Shown here: positions 1 through 18,830 of the stretch, piece by piece | Position numbering within the stretch: the first letter of the stretch is position 1 | How the letters are laid out: every line of letters begins with the position of its first letter | From: the human T2T-CHM13v2.0 reference genome, Homo sapiens | Direction: 5' to 3' (one strand) | Assembly (NCBI RefSeq): GCF_009914755.1 | Contig: NC_060928.1 | Length of the DNA: 64,000 nucleotides | Made by a program: the position numbers and the translations under genes | Notes under the pieces: model-generated | Told to the model about the DNA's origin: nothing | The model's input: only the letters and a program-made list of their open reading frames with translations | Database searches by the model: none

Positions 1-2298
1 GAAAAAACAATAGTAAATCCATTAGAAAGTTGAATCAACAGTTGACCAGGCTTATTCATACTGACATTTTCCAGATTTTGCATACCAAATATTCTGCAAA
101 GTTCAATTTGCATGACTTTACAAGGAAAGAACTGAGTCCTCCATAACTCTACATCCCTTGATAGCCTTATATTTTAATCACTAATGTAGTAAATTTATAT
201 TTATTTATGCCTTTAACCTTCCTTGGAGGGTAGATTTTAAGTTAAATATTATCTAAAAAGTAAGAGATAAAAAAATCCATTATTCCATTTTATGTTTTTA
301 ATAAAATATGGTTAAGATATTTGTATAGTAGCTATATTAACATTGAATCCAGAAAAAAGTTACTGAGTTTCCTACAATAGAAGAAATTATGTTTAATGAA
401 TAGTATTTATAAATATATGAAACAAAACCCTAATTAACCAAACTCTTGTCAATTTTGCCACTTATTTTTCTTGTTAAATAGATTTTCTATGAATATTAAA
501 ACTCTCTTTTAATCAGGTCATTTTGGATGAAACTATTTTTAAAATGTCTTATGTATTTCTATAATTTCTTATGAATAGAAATAATATACTTGACTTTATT
601 TGGATAATTGGAGACCCTGATAAGGAAACCTGATATTCTGTTTTACTAGAGTTAGGATCTCAAGGTTCACAGTTTCTTTGGGCTTTTCATCTGTATAGTG
701 AATACCTATGGATCACCATTGTTTTTCAGGTTATATATTTGTTGATTATAGGGGTATTTCTTCTCAGCTTCTTCATGGGTTACATTTCATCTATTATTTA
801 ATCACTTCATTCATTCATGTATAGATATATACATAAAGTAAATCTTTCCTGCATCCTTCATAATTGGTGGACTTTGGTCCCATTTAAATTGTGTATCAAA
901 GAAAAGTGAATAATCTCTGAGTGAGGGACAAAATGGATGTGTCATGATCAAAGTATAGTATATTCACTTTACAAGAACTCTGGAGCATCCACTATGGTTG
1001 GATAAAGGTCTAAGTTTACTTATTTGATAGTTCCTACCTGTATGGCAGACACTTGAACTACTGTTATAGTTTAAAAATTGTTTTTAATAATTTACCTATA
1101 GATTATTTTTATTCAGAGACTTTTAGTATTTGATAACTTTTTTAAAACTTTAGTATCCCTAGAGATCTTCCTAATCATGTGGTTTGACATGATTATAGTC
1201 AGATAGTCCTTGACAACTTTGATTTTCCTGCTGGATTATACAGTATTCAGATTGCTTTGTCAGGGTGCACTACAGTATGAGTAATTCAAACATACTTTGA
1301 GCATAAGTGTTTTGACAAAATTTGAAAATGTCTGCTTACCCATCTAAATGATGGACCCATCAACATTTCCAGTAATGACACCATGACACCTTAAGTAAGC
1401 ATTAATGTTAAACTTGATCATCTCTCAAAAACTTGAACACTCACAAAATAATTTTTAAGAGTGTATGTATATGTCATATTCTTCTTTTCATTTCTTTGAC
1501 TTCCTCAGCAATTTTACAGAACATAGTGTTGATTTTATATTTATGAAAATCTTTGACAGCAAGAAACCATTCTTAATACTATGATTATTTTATAGAAAAT
1601 ATGTTCTTCTATTTCTTGCATTGATAAGTACATGCTTAAGTAGAGTAAGAGAGCATCTTGCTCTAAACATTCAGTGTTGTCACAGCTATTTAATAATTCA
1701 ATAAATAGTCATTACACATTTTCTAGGTGCTAAGCATTGACATAAACTGGACAAATGAAATAGATTGTTCATCTCAAGATCTGTATGACTTCAAGGGACA
1801 TGTAAATAAGAACCAGGAGACCTGGATTCCAGTTCTAATGAGCCATGAGACTGGAATGTTCCTTTACTCTTGTTTTGTCAATAAGCCTCTTCAAGTTCAC
1901 TTTCAGTTCACAAATTCTCGAATTTTTCTATAAGCCTATTAGTAACAAACAATCCATTAGAGGTGATCACAAAGTACCAGCACGTGGGAGTAGCTTGACT
2001 ATGTTTTATTTGGCTTTACTTTGGAATAACCTTAGCCATCTTTTAGAGATTGCTTTCTGCAATGTATATTGGTGTCTGGATAAGTTTCCAGGACCAATTC
2101 CAATGGAGACTCCTCATTCCTCATCTTGCTTTATGTCTGCATCATTGGACCTCTGCTCCCAGATTGTTACTCCCACCTGGCTGTCTCCCACCATTCTAAC
2201 TACTCCTTTACCAAAAAAGCTGTCTCTTCTTCCTCTGCTTGTCCCTTAAGTCCTTTGAAAATAAGTCCTCAGGCATTCTTATCTTAGGTCCCACCAAC

Positions 2299-3060
2299 TG
2301 AAACTGCCTTTGCAAAAATTGTAACAGTGAGAGAATTCAGACATAACTGACTCCATCTTGCTTCTAACCTCACAAGCTAACTGCCCTGGCTCATTCCTGG
2401 GCATGGGACAAACTGACTATGGGAAAAATTTAGTTTACAGTTTAAACTTAAAGCAAGGATGATAGTAGCTATCATGACATTCTTTGTTGGGGGAAACTAC
2501 CTCCATTCCTTGTTTGGGGACTGAAACCACCATTGTAAAACTAATAAAAAGCCACAGGGTTAGAATTATGAGAGAGGGCTGGATTCTGCTAAGGCCTATG
2601 CATTTTTAGGCAATAACCAGCCGTTCTTCCCTAGCTTGCTTACTGCTCAGGAGTCATGTAGCCAGAGGTCACACGACTGGGGACTTTTTCCCAATTACTC
2701 CTATAGGTAAGACCACTATCGTAAAACCTAAGATTGGACTTTCAGAGATTTTTTTTAGACTTTTGCATTAAGGCAACCATCTGACATCACTGAGACCCAT
2801 GAAGCGTACCAAGGAACTGACTCAACTCGCCCTGTGACCCCCTCACCCAGAAACTGACTCAGCCTTCGAAGACCATTTGGACAGTCCCATAATTTCATCC
2901 CCAACCAATCAGCAGTATCTATTCCCTAGGACCTTAGATTATTTTCAAAAACCCTAGCCTCAGAACTCTTGAGGAAGGGGATTTGAGAAATACCTCCAGT
3001 CCTTCCACTCAGCTGCCCTGCGATAATTAAGCTCTTTCTTTGCTGCAACATCATTGCTGT
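2299..3060 (+). mobile_element. LTR8-family (LTR8A/8B-like, ERV1) solo LTR
   Basis: Starts TGAAACTGCCTTTGCAAAAATT...GACTCCATCTTGCTTCTAACCTC, matching the recalled LTR8 5' end. It has an internal repeat of TGAAACCACCATTGTAAAA and ATTAAGCTCTTTCT near the 3' end. The 3' boundary is approximate. Confidence 0.75.
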
Positions 3061-3297
3061 TTTGCTCCTTTGGCCCAGCGATCACTCAGCACACATAATT
3101 GTCCTGAGTTCACACCCTAGATTGATTAATATTTTAATCTTTTTTGACAATAGTTTGCCTTCCCTTCCCAGTATACAATGATAAGTGTTTGTGGTTTTGT
3201 CAAGAGGCCTAAAATCAAGAAATTTCTCTTTTCTGTGTATATTATAATGGACTTCCCAGAAAGCAGAACAGAGACATATACTATTATATAAAGAAAT

Positions 3298-4204
3298 GGG
3301 GGAGGAGCCAAGATGGCCCAATAGGAACAGCTCCGGTCTACAGCTCCCAGCGTGAGCTACGCAGAAGACGGGTGATTTCTGCATTTCCATCTGAGGTACC
3401 GGGTTCATCTCCCTAGGGAGTGCCAGACAGTGGGCACAGGTCAGTGGGTGCGCGCACAGTGCGCGAGCCGAAGCAGGGCGAGGCATTGCCTCACTTGGGA
3501 AGCACAAGAGGTCAGGGAGTTCCCTTTCTGAGCCAAAGAAAGGGGTGACGGACAGCACCTGGAAAATCAGGTCACTCCCACCCGAATACTGCGCTTTTCC
3601 AACGGGCTTAAAAAACGGTGCACCACGAGATTATATCCCACACCTGGCTCGGAGGGTCCTATGCCCACGGAGACTCACTGATTGCTAGCACGGCAGTCTG
3701 AGATCAAACAGCAAGGTGGCAGCGAGGCAGGGGGAGGGGCGCCCGCCATTGCCCAGCCTTGATTAGGTAAACAAAGCAGCCTGGAAGCTCGAACTGGGTG
3801 GAGCCCACCACAGCTCAAGGAGGCCTGCCTGCCTCTGTAGGCTCCACCTCTGGGGGCAGGGCACAGACAAACAAAAAGACAGCAGTAACCTCTGCAGACT
3901 TAAATGTCCCTGTCTGACAGCTTTGAAGAGAGCAGTGGTTCTCCCAGCACGCAGCTGGAGATCTGAGAACGGGCAGACTGCCTCCTCAAGTGGGTCCCTG
4001 ACCCCTGACCCCCGAGCAGCCTAACTGGGAGGCAACCCCCAGCAGGGGCACACTGACACCTCACATGGCAGGGTATTCCAACAGACCTGCAGCTGAGGGT
4101 CCTGTCTGTTAGAAGGAAAACTAACAAACAGAAAGGACATCCACACCAAAAACCCATCTGTACATCACCATCATCAAAGACCAAAAGTAGATAAAACCAC
4201 AAAG
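3298..4204 (+). promoter_or_regulatory. L1 5'UTR internal sense and antisense promoter, YY1 site intact
   Basis: CAAGATGGCC YY1 motif at ~3309-3318. CpG-richer than the flanks. Layout matches the canonical L1 5'UTR. Confidence 0.8.
3675..3749 (-). pseudogene. L1 ORF0 remnant truncated at 24 codons (MAGAPPPASLPPCCLISDCRASNQ*)
   Basis: Antisense ATG at 3749-3747 in the canonical ORF0 position. CGA>TGA at codon 25 (3677-3675). Confidence 0.75.
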
Positions 4205-5200
4205 ATGGGGAAAAAACAGAACAGAAAAACTGGAAACTCTAAAAAGCAGAGCGCCTCTCCTCCTCCAAAGGAATGCAGTTCCTCACCAGCAATGGAACAA
4301 AGCTGGATGGAGAATGACTTTGATGAGCTGTGAGAAGAAGGTTTCAGATGATCAAATTACTCTGAGCTACGGGAGGACATTCAAACCAAAGGCAAATAAG
4401 TTGAAAACTTTGAAAAAAATTTAGAAGAATGTATAACTAGAATAACCAATACAGACAAGTGCTTAAAGGAGTTGATAGAGCTGAAAACCAAGGCTCGAGA
4501 ACTACGTGAAGAATGCAGAAGCCTCAGGAGCTGATGCGATCAACTGGAAGAAAGGGTATCAGCAATGGAAGATGAAATGAATGAAATGAAGCGAGAAGGG
4601 AAGTTTAGAGAAAAAAGAATAAAAAGAAATGAGCAAAGCCTCCAAGAAATATGGGACTATGTGAAAAGACCAAATCTACGTCTGATTGATGTACCTGAAA
4701 GTGATGGGGAGAATGGAACCAAGTTGGAAAACACTCTGCAGGATATTATCCAGGAGAACTTCCCCAATCTAGCAAGGCAGGCCAACGTTCAGATTCAGGA
4801 AATACAGAGAACGCCACAAAGATACTCCTCGAGAAGAGCAACTCCAAGACACATAATTGTCAGATTCACCAAAGTTGAAATGAAGGAAAAAATGCTAAGG
4901 GCAGCCAGAGAGAAAGGTCGGGTTACCCTCAAAGGGAAGCCCATCAGACTAACAGCGGATCTCTCGGCAGAAACCCTACAAGCCAGAAGAGAGTGGGGGC
5001 CAATATTCAACATTCTTAAAGAAAAGAATTTTCAACCCAGCACTTCATATCCAGCCAAACTAAGCTTCATAAGTGAAGGAGAAATAAAATCCTTTACAGA
5101 CAAGCAAATGCTGAGAGATTTTGTCACCACCAGGAAGGAAGCACTAAACATGGAAAGGAACAACCAGTACCAGCCGCTGCAAAATCATGCCAAAATGTAA
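4205..5200 (+). pseudogene. L1 ORF1p, disrupted
   Basis: ATG GGG AAA AAA CAG at 4205. In-frame stops at 4331, 4349, 4397 and 4532. A 21-nt in-frame deletion at 5134/5135 removes PALKELL (DFVTTR|KEALNMER). ORF track 4565..5200 is the surviving C-terminal part. Confidence 0.95.
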
Positions 5201-5263
5201 AGACCATCGAGACTAGGAAGAAACTGCATCAACTAACGAGCAAAATAACCAGCTAACATCATC

Positions 5264-9080
<3,817 letters not shown>

Positions 9081-10724
9081 ACAATGAGATCACATGGACA
9101 CAGGAAGGGGAATATCACACTCTGGTGACTGTTGTGGGGTGCGGGGAGAGGGGAGGGATAGCATTGGGAGATATACCTAATGCTAGATGACGAGTTAGTG
9201 GGTGCAGTGCACCAGCATGGCACATGTATACATATGTAACTAACCTGCACAATGTGCACATGTACCCTAAAACTTAAAGTATAATAATAAAAAAAAAAGT
9301 TAAAAGAAAAAAGAAAGTAAAAAAAAAAAAAATGTAATCCCAGGCAATGGGAATGAAGGACAAGGGGAATGAAATAGGGCAGCAGAGATATTATGTCGCT
9401 GTTTTTTCAAAATGGTCATGGCTAAAGGTAACTGAGATCTTATACAACTGTCTTCTGCATAGCCAGATAAATTTCACCCTAGAACATTCCATCTAGTATG
9501 GGAAAGGAGGTATTTGTATCTATCATCTGCCAGTCCAAATTTCAAGGGAGCAGAATTAGGCTTCCCTTTTTGACAAGGAATTGGTCAAGTTGCATTGCTT
9601 AAGAGCTTGGGAATGTGAGATGTTTTTACAGCCACATTGGAAAATACAATCTACCACATTGTCTCATAATACTCCACACTTAGTAAACATGGGAAGCCAT
9701 TGGGGAATAATATCACATTCTTAAAGATTATAAAATTGAAGTTATTTTCTTACAACCACACACAAGTCAGGACCTAGAGAAAATTAGGACCTATATTATA
9801 CCTGAAGTACTCCTCCATGTATCAAATTGCAACATACAACTTTTTAATTAAACACTGACACAACAATAAAGTTATTTAGTGACCAATATTCTCGAGCTGG
9901 TTATGTGGTTTCATGAGTTCTTTCTGTAACTCTGTTATTAATTTGTGACTTTGGGTAAGTCTTTTAGCAGTTGAATTTAATTAAAAAATCAAAATATATG
10001 CACCAATCCCAAGGTGCATTGTGAGAGTAAATGTCCCATTGTTAAAGCCTTTTAGATATCTGCCTAGTAAGGGCTACAAGATTATTATAATGGTGATGGT
10101 GACAGTGATTCTTGGAGAAAAAAGGATTATTAGTATTATGATTCTCTTAGAAATTTACTTTTGTATCTCTCACAAAACATGGAGTTTTCCTCCATGTTAT
10201 CAAAGGTTTTGACATATTCTCAAGCAGCTTCTGAAACGCAACCTAAATTTTCATATCCACAAGAATTCTTTTGTATGTTCACAGGAATGTAAACAGGATG
10301 AGAATAAATGAATAATGTTTTAAAGAAGTTCAGTAATATATTCTCCATTGTGTTCTAGGGATAAGTTGTTCAATGTTTAGCACTGACCATGTAAAATTAG
10401 GAAAACAATTGTTAAAAAAATATATATATTACTGGCAACATCTCATCCTTAATTATTTCTCAGTTCTTTACATGTATTTCTTCCTATAATCAGAAGGATT
10501 CAAGACAGAAAAGATCAAAAAAACACTATACTGTTTCATATAAGGGCTAGGAAATTTTAAATTTCATAATTCATTCACATAATTCATAAATTATGAAATT
10601 TAAAAATTCATAATTCATTGGAATATGTAAATAAACCAAACATGAACCTCTAAAGAGATGCTTTATATTTACCAAGTGTTGCTACAATTTCTGTTTACCA
10701 AAACTTTTCCCCAAGTGTTGCTGG

Positions 10725-11960
10725 CATTTCATTCATATCTATTTATTTATTCAACAAATAGTTATAAAGTTCTAAATGAAAATATTTATTTACAATCCCG
10801 GGGTAGATACCAAGATGAAGAAGATACAGATTCTGCCATCAAGGCTCTTAAAGATTAACAGAGGAAGAAGACATGTAATTAAGGCAGAAGGTAGTGAAAC
10901 ATACAAGTGAAGCGTGAAGTTGGGTGAAGAAATGATTGCATCACTTGAAGTGACTTGAAGTCACTAGAAGAAAGGAAGGCTCTGAGCTGTACCTTCAAAA
11001 TATAGGTTTGATTTTTGATGTATGGGAATGAAGAAGACATTCTGAGGCCCTGAGGCAGAGAGGAGCATAAATAAAGACTGAGAAATGAAAATATGTGATG
11101 TATATGTGAAATCAAAGCAGCTTAATGTAGGCAGCAGGGGAGGTTTCCAAAGAGTAGGCAAGAAAGAAAAAGAGAGATGCCTAGATACCCCATTACTAAC
11201 TGTCCTAAATCTAAAACATTGTAAATTGAATTTTATTTTGTAGATATCAGGGAATCCCTTGAAAATTTATTAGTAGAGGAAGAACACAACAGGACTATAT
11301 TTCAAGAAGTTTTTTCTACCAATCTATAAGAATGAATTAAGGAAGAAAGTGCTAGGGGTCGGGGAGAACAGTAAAAACCAGTTAAAAAAAAATGACCCAT
11401 GCAGTTAGATTCTGACCTAGAATACAGACGGTTAGGATTAAAAAAAAAAAAAGTCTTATGAGAGTTCATGCATTTGATGAGGGAAGCAAGGAAAAGAACA
11501 AACTGAAAAATGATTATTTGATGATTAGATAGCGCTTCCATTGACAGAAATGGAAAATACAATAGAAAACTTTGAGAGAGGTATTCAGGGACAGAAGAGT
11601 TGGAAGAGCAAACAATTACTGAGCAACTCCATATACATTTCTATGCATATTACTGGTTTTATCCTATTTAACCTCATGATAGATGGTGAAACCGAGGTAG
11701 TTGAAGTTATCTGCCCAGGAGCACAGATAGTAGCAGGTCTAGAGAAGACAATCAGTTCAGTTTGTGTCATGCTAAATTAGAGGAAGAGGTGGAAAACTTA
11801 GGTGATGACATGTAGCACTGATTGGAGCTCCATAAACAGAGCAGATCCAAGATAGATTTGGGGTGAGTTATGTGCATGGTTAAAGTCATTATGTTTTAGA
11901 ATGTCAATGGAGAGAATATAGCATTAAAACAAAGAGGCAGGAGAGATGGTCAAAGAAAAT
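10725..11960 (-). mobile_element. L2 LINE remnant
   Basis: CATTCAT...TTCAACAAATA (L2 3' end in antisense) followed by a purine-rich L2-like body. Boundaries approximate. Confidence 0.6.
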
Positions 11961-13889
11961 AGAAGGCAACAATTTTTCAGTGTAGATATTCAAATTAACT
12001 GTTACATCTCAAGGATTTTCATTTGTTACCAGATTTTAGAATGTTCCCCCAGAAAGCCAATATAGAAGATGCTCTGAATGTGGACACTGTGAAATATAAA
12101 CCTTGAAATTGCATGGTATAGGCCAAATACTTTCAGTACTATTTTGATCTTATTGTGTAAACTGGGTGATATAACTAGGGGAAAATTAAAACTCTTTTAA
12201 TTTTCCACTTCAAGATTTCTTAATTAATAAAGTTAACATCACTTATATAATAAATGATGTGGCATTTTAATTATATTTTGGGAAATTATTTCTCATCCCA
12301 GGTTGATTAAATAAATTATTGATAATTGATCATAAATCTCATAAAACATGATAAATTTGAGCTTGGATCTGTTACAACTAAAGCAATTTAAATTTTCTTA
12401 AATTACTAGAAGCTATAAAAATAAGATGATAAGATATTTTAACAACATTGCCTAGAACAAGAAAAGGAGAAAAATATAATGGAAAATGGAAATCAAGAAG
12501 AGGAAGACTCCATCAAACCCTTCAAATCTATCAACGAGAAATATCTGAATATATGCTCTTGTTACTACTTTCAAATTGGACTAAATTACTCCCTACCTCT
12601 TTTTGGTTTTTGATGTTGGTTTTGTTTTCATTTGGGTCAGGCAGTATTGAAAATACTTGAGTAATGTCCTTTCTTCCTGACATTTAATAGATCCACAACA
12701 ATGATCAAGAAACATATTTCTATGAACAATTATTATTAGCATAATGATTTAACATACATGATCATCACCAATGTGCTAGCCATTATGTAAAATTAAATAT
12801 TTAGTATAAACTTTATGTTCTTCTCTCCTCTGAGTTATTCATTTCTGAAATATATTTCCCTAACAAAACCTCTTTGAATTTGCTCTTTCCTTAACATGGC
12901 ATTAAAAGTCACTTTTTCTAACGTTCAAAGGCATAATACCATTTTATACACAGAACATATAATTATGCTGAGCAGATTCAAAGTCACATTGTTTTACTTT
13001 TATTTCACGAGACGGTAAGTAAGAAAAAGATACAGTGTAAGCCATGAGGTTGAGAACATTTGACAATGCTTGCGTGTAATGAAATATAATGTTTGCCATG
13101 GCAGCCTTTCTTCTTTGGCGCTTCTAGTCAAATCCTGCACAGCCCCACAGATGCCAAATTTTAGCCTCAGGCCAAACAGAAATTCACATGGAAACAATGA
13201 TCCCTTTAATACTTTAAAATTTTGTTTTTACAAAGTATGTAAACGAATGCGGTTTTGCACTCTAGGTACTAGGATGATGATAAAGGCAAATTACTTCGTG
13301 TATTGATAAAACTTTTTATTGCTGCCTCCTTTATAATTCACAGTGATTTTGAAAATTCAAGGCCTGGCTTAAGGGGAACTATTTCTTCATTGCCTTATTA
13401 ACCCTTCCAGCAGAATTCCCAACACAGAGAAGACATCACATCATAGCTGCATGCTAATAAATTAAAATCTCAATGGGTGGAAATAAAACTAGAAACAAAA
13501 AGGATAACTGACAATTCAAATTTAAGAAAGATTAAGTGAAAAGTGCAAAAAATAATTAAGTAATTGTATACGAAAAGCACATAGCACCAATAGATTTTAA
13601 AAATTATTTTTATTTGATTATTTAAGAAATTAATAATTTTCATCTTAGATAAATCATCACAAAATAAAGGCTAAGGGAGAAAATCTCTCAAATTACTTTC
13701 AGAAATAATATTACTAAACTAAAATGCATTAGAATTTTTAAAAATCTGCCTACATATGAGTATTTAAAAAATCCTAAAAAGAGATGATTAGCCTCTATTA
13801 CTTAAGCCATACAATTAAAAGGAGAGTTTAGTATATCACCAAGTATGGCTTAAGCCAGTGTTACTGTGAATATATCTAAATATTTGGCT

Positions 13890-15300
13890 TATTTAAAAAA
13901 TGAGGCATATGCTCAAATCTTCCCCTCCTGCATCAAATCTGTAGAATAGGTAGAACAGATATTTTTAAAAATGTGTAACTATATGTCTCTCTCCACCATC
14001 AAAAAAACAAAACAAAACAAAACAAAACAAAGCAAAAAGCAGAAAGAAAGAAATCACTTGAGCTAATCCCAGGGAATGAGAGAAGACACACAGAAAGCTT
14101 CAACCAAGGCAGGAAGCCCTGGAAGCTGCTTCCCAATATAGCCTCTTTCTAAAGGCTCCTCCCTCCCCACAGCTGTGCGTCATGCTCAGCACCCTCATCA
14201 GCAACAAAAAGCAGCCACAGCTCATGGAGTTCAGCCTCAGAACAAAGCCATTTGGGAAGCCAAAAGCTGAGAAAGACTAATACCATCAAAAAGAATCAAT
14301 GAATTTTACATAGTAAAACCCTTAGACATGGTAAGATGAATCAATCAATCAATTATTTACTTTAACAAGTTAATATCCTCAGAGATAAGAGGAAAATATT
14401 ATCAATCTGAAATAAGTGTAAATGGTAATATAAAAATCTAACAATAATAAACATGATTATAAATAAAAATGTAATTATTATCAGATAAACTCAAAAAGTG
14501 GCAGTGGACAGTGATGAGGAATATAGATTCGGAAGTTCTAAGATCTATTTCTTAGCAGTCCTAGAGTGGACAAAAGAGATAATGTCAGTGATAATGTAAA
14601 TTAATCTATATTTGAAGAAATAAGCCTGAGAATTTTCCGAAGCCAGGAGTGGGTGAAGAGAGGACAGCCAAATTCTCCAGCTGAAAAAGTCCAGTGTATC
14701 ATGAAAAGGATTAAAATAAAACAACAGTGGTATAACAATAAATTAAAAATAAAACTTAAAAATAATAGACATGAAGAAACATCCAAAAACATTCAAATAG
14801 AAATGATAGATTACCCCAAAATAAAGGAAATACAATACTTCAATCTTGTGATTTGCAAAATGAAATTCAAAAATGATTGTAAAAATGTCTTGTAAATACT
14901 GTGGGAGAAGAATTTAAATTGAGAAATCTTGAAATAGTTCAACTTCCACTCAAAAGAGATGAGCTCAATAAAGGCATTTTCAGACATTTGAGGACTTAGA
15001 AAGTGGACTACTCAACCTTTTTGAAGTAAAACTATATTCCACTGAGTAGAAAACCTTCAGAAGGAAATAAGCTGTAAAATAAAGTAAGCTCAATGAATTA
15101 ATAAAATTTATTGTAACACTTAAATAAGTAATGATTTTAAAATGCTTTTAATAACAAGTCAGAACTAAAATAACAGACAGTAGGATGGTAGCAGTGGATT
15201 ACAGCAAAAATACAGTCTGTTTAGTATACTCAGTTTATTGGTTTGTTTGGGGGAAAAATATTGATTGAAGCTAAGCTTTGTGTATATATCTATATTTTCC
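13890..15300 (+). mobile_element. Ancient L1M/HAL1-like 5'UTR-ORF1 remnant
   Basis: A-rich degenerate ORF1-like sequence (e.g. GAAGAAATAAGCCTGAGAATTTTCC...AATTCTCCAGCTGAAAAAG). Boundaries approximate. Confidence 0.45.
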
Positions 15301-15787
15301 TATATTTGTTTATTTAATTTTGTGTTAAAATGTTAAGCATATACGTGGACATTGATTCTAGAGAAATGAAAACTTACATTCACATGAAAATATATACACA
15401 AATGTTTATAACTGCTTTATTTGTAATAGCCTGAAACTGGAAACAACCCAAATGTCTTTCAAGAAATAAATGGATAAAGAAAATCTGACACATCCATATA
15501 ATGAAATACTACTCAGCATTAAAATGAAACAAATTACAGAACACACACAATTTAGATGCCAAGGGGAAAAAAAGCAATCTCAAAAGTTTGCATAGTGCAT
15601 GATTCTATCTATATAACATTTTTGTAGTAACATTACTATAGAGATAGAAATCAGATTAATAGTTGTCTTGGAAGGTATGGAAGGTGGTGCTACTGAAAAG
15701 AGATAATATGAATGAGTTCCTTTGTGGACAGAGCAGTTCTCTATCTTGACTGCAGTGTTGATCATACAAGTCTATATTTGTTATGAA

Positions 15788-16718
15788 TTTTTTTTGAGAG
15801 AGTCTCATTCTGTTGCCCAGGCTAGAGTGCAGTGGCGTGATCTCGGCTCTGAGTAGCTGGGGTTACAGGTGTGTGCCACCATGCCTGGCTAATTTTTGTA
15901 TTTTTAGTAGAGATGGGATTTCTCTATGCTGGCCAGGTTGGTCTCTGTATTCGTCAGGTTTCTCTTAAAGGGACAGAACTAATAGTATACATATATATAT
16001 ATCCTATATATAGAGGATATTATATATATAAACTCCCCTTTATATAAAGTTAATACTTAACAAACTTATAAAGTTAATACTTAATAAACTCCTATATATA
16101 TGTATCAATATATAAGGTTAATACTTAATTATATATGATAGTTTACACACACATAGTGTGTATATATATGTGTATACATATATAGTTAATACTTAATAAA
16201 CTCCCATATGTATGAAGTTTATTAAGTATTAACTTAATATATATCTATAAAGGGGAGTTTATTAAGTATTAAGTTGTATGATTACAAGGTCCTACAATAG
16301 GCTGTCTGCAAGCTGAGGAGCAAGGAGAGCCAGTCCAAAGCACAAAACTGAAAAATTTGGAGTCCGATATTCAAGGGCAGGAAGCATCCAGCATGGCAGA
16401 AAGGTGTAGGCTGGGAGGCTGGTAGGCCCAGCCTCTCCCTTTCATGTTTTTCTGCCTGCTTTATATTCGCTGGAAGCTGATTAGGTTGTGCCCACCAGAT
16501 TAAGGGTGGATTTGCCTTCCCCAGCCCACTGACTCAAATGTTAGTCTCTTTTGGCAACGCCCACACAGACACACCCAGGATTAATACTTTGTATCCCCTA
16601 AATCCAATCAAGTTGACAGTATTAACCATCACAATCTCAAACTCCTGACCTCAGGTTATCCACTCACCTCAGTCTCCCAAAGTGGTGGGATTACAGGCGT
16701 GAGCCCCCACGCCCAGCC
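15788..16718 (-). mobile_element. AluS (Sx/Sz-like) split by MLT2A1, ~50-nt deletion in the right arm
   Basis: Alu pieces 15788-15945 and 16634-16718 are collinear. TSD ATGAAT (15783-15788 / 16719-16724). Confidence 0.9.
15946..16633 (-). mobile_element. MLT2A1 (HERV-L) solo LTR
   Basis: Termini TGTATTCGTCAGGTTTCTCT...AATCCAATCAAGTTGACAGTATTAACCATCACA. 5-bp TSD GTCTC/ATCTC. Lacks the extra internal segment seen in MLT2A2. Confidence 0.9.
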
Positions 16719-16999
16719 ATGAATGTTATAGAACTATACACATACACATATGTAAATGAGTCATGCCAAAACTGGTGAAATCTGTAGCCTATCTAATTCT
16801 ATATAACAATACCAATTTGAGGGTTTTTGATAATGTGGTGTAGTTATGTAAATGTTGCCATCAGGGAAAGCTGGATGATAGATACATAAATATCTCCGTT
16901 CTTGTATTGCAGCTTCCACAAGTCTATAATTATTTCAATATATGAAGTTTAAAAAATAAAAATCAGAAACAAAAAATAAAGAATTGCCCCTAAAATAAT

Positions 17000-18830
<1,831 letters not shown>

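Larger units (their letters stand above)
15340..16960 (+). mobile_element. L1MC/L1MD-type 3' end, interrupted by an AluS that contains an MLT2A1
   Basis: ORF2 C-terminal remnant (AACTGGAAACAACCCAAATGT) and an L1M 3'UTR that resumes after 16724 and ends ...CTATAATTATTTCAAT...AAAAAATAAA. Confidence 0.65.

Noticed and set aside
1727-2249. Overlapping 68-aa and 134-aa ORFs
   Set aside because: No recognisable domain, promoter or splice context. Consistent with chance ORFs.
3082-4202. 158-aa and 100-aa minus-strand ORFs
   Set aside because: Antisense translations of the L1 5'UTR, not cellular genes.
16030-16275. Repeat-spacer look resembling a CRISPR array
   Set aside because: Units are in mixed orientation with (TA)n spacers inside a primate LTR, and there are no cas genes.
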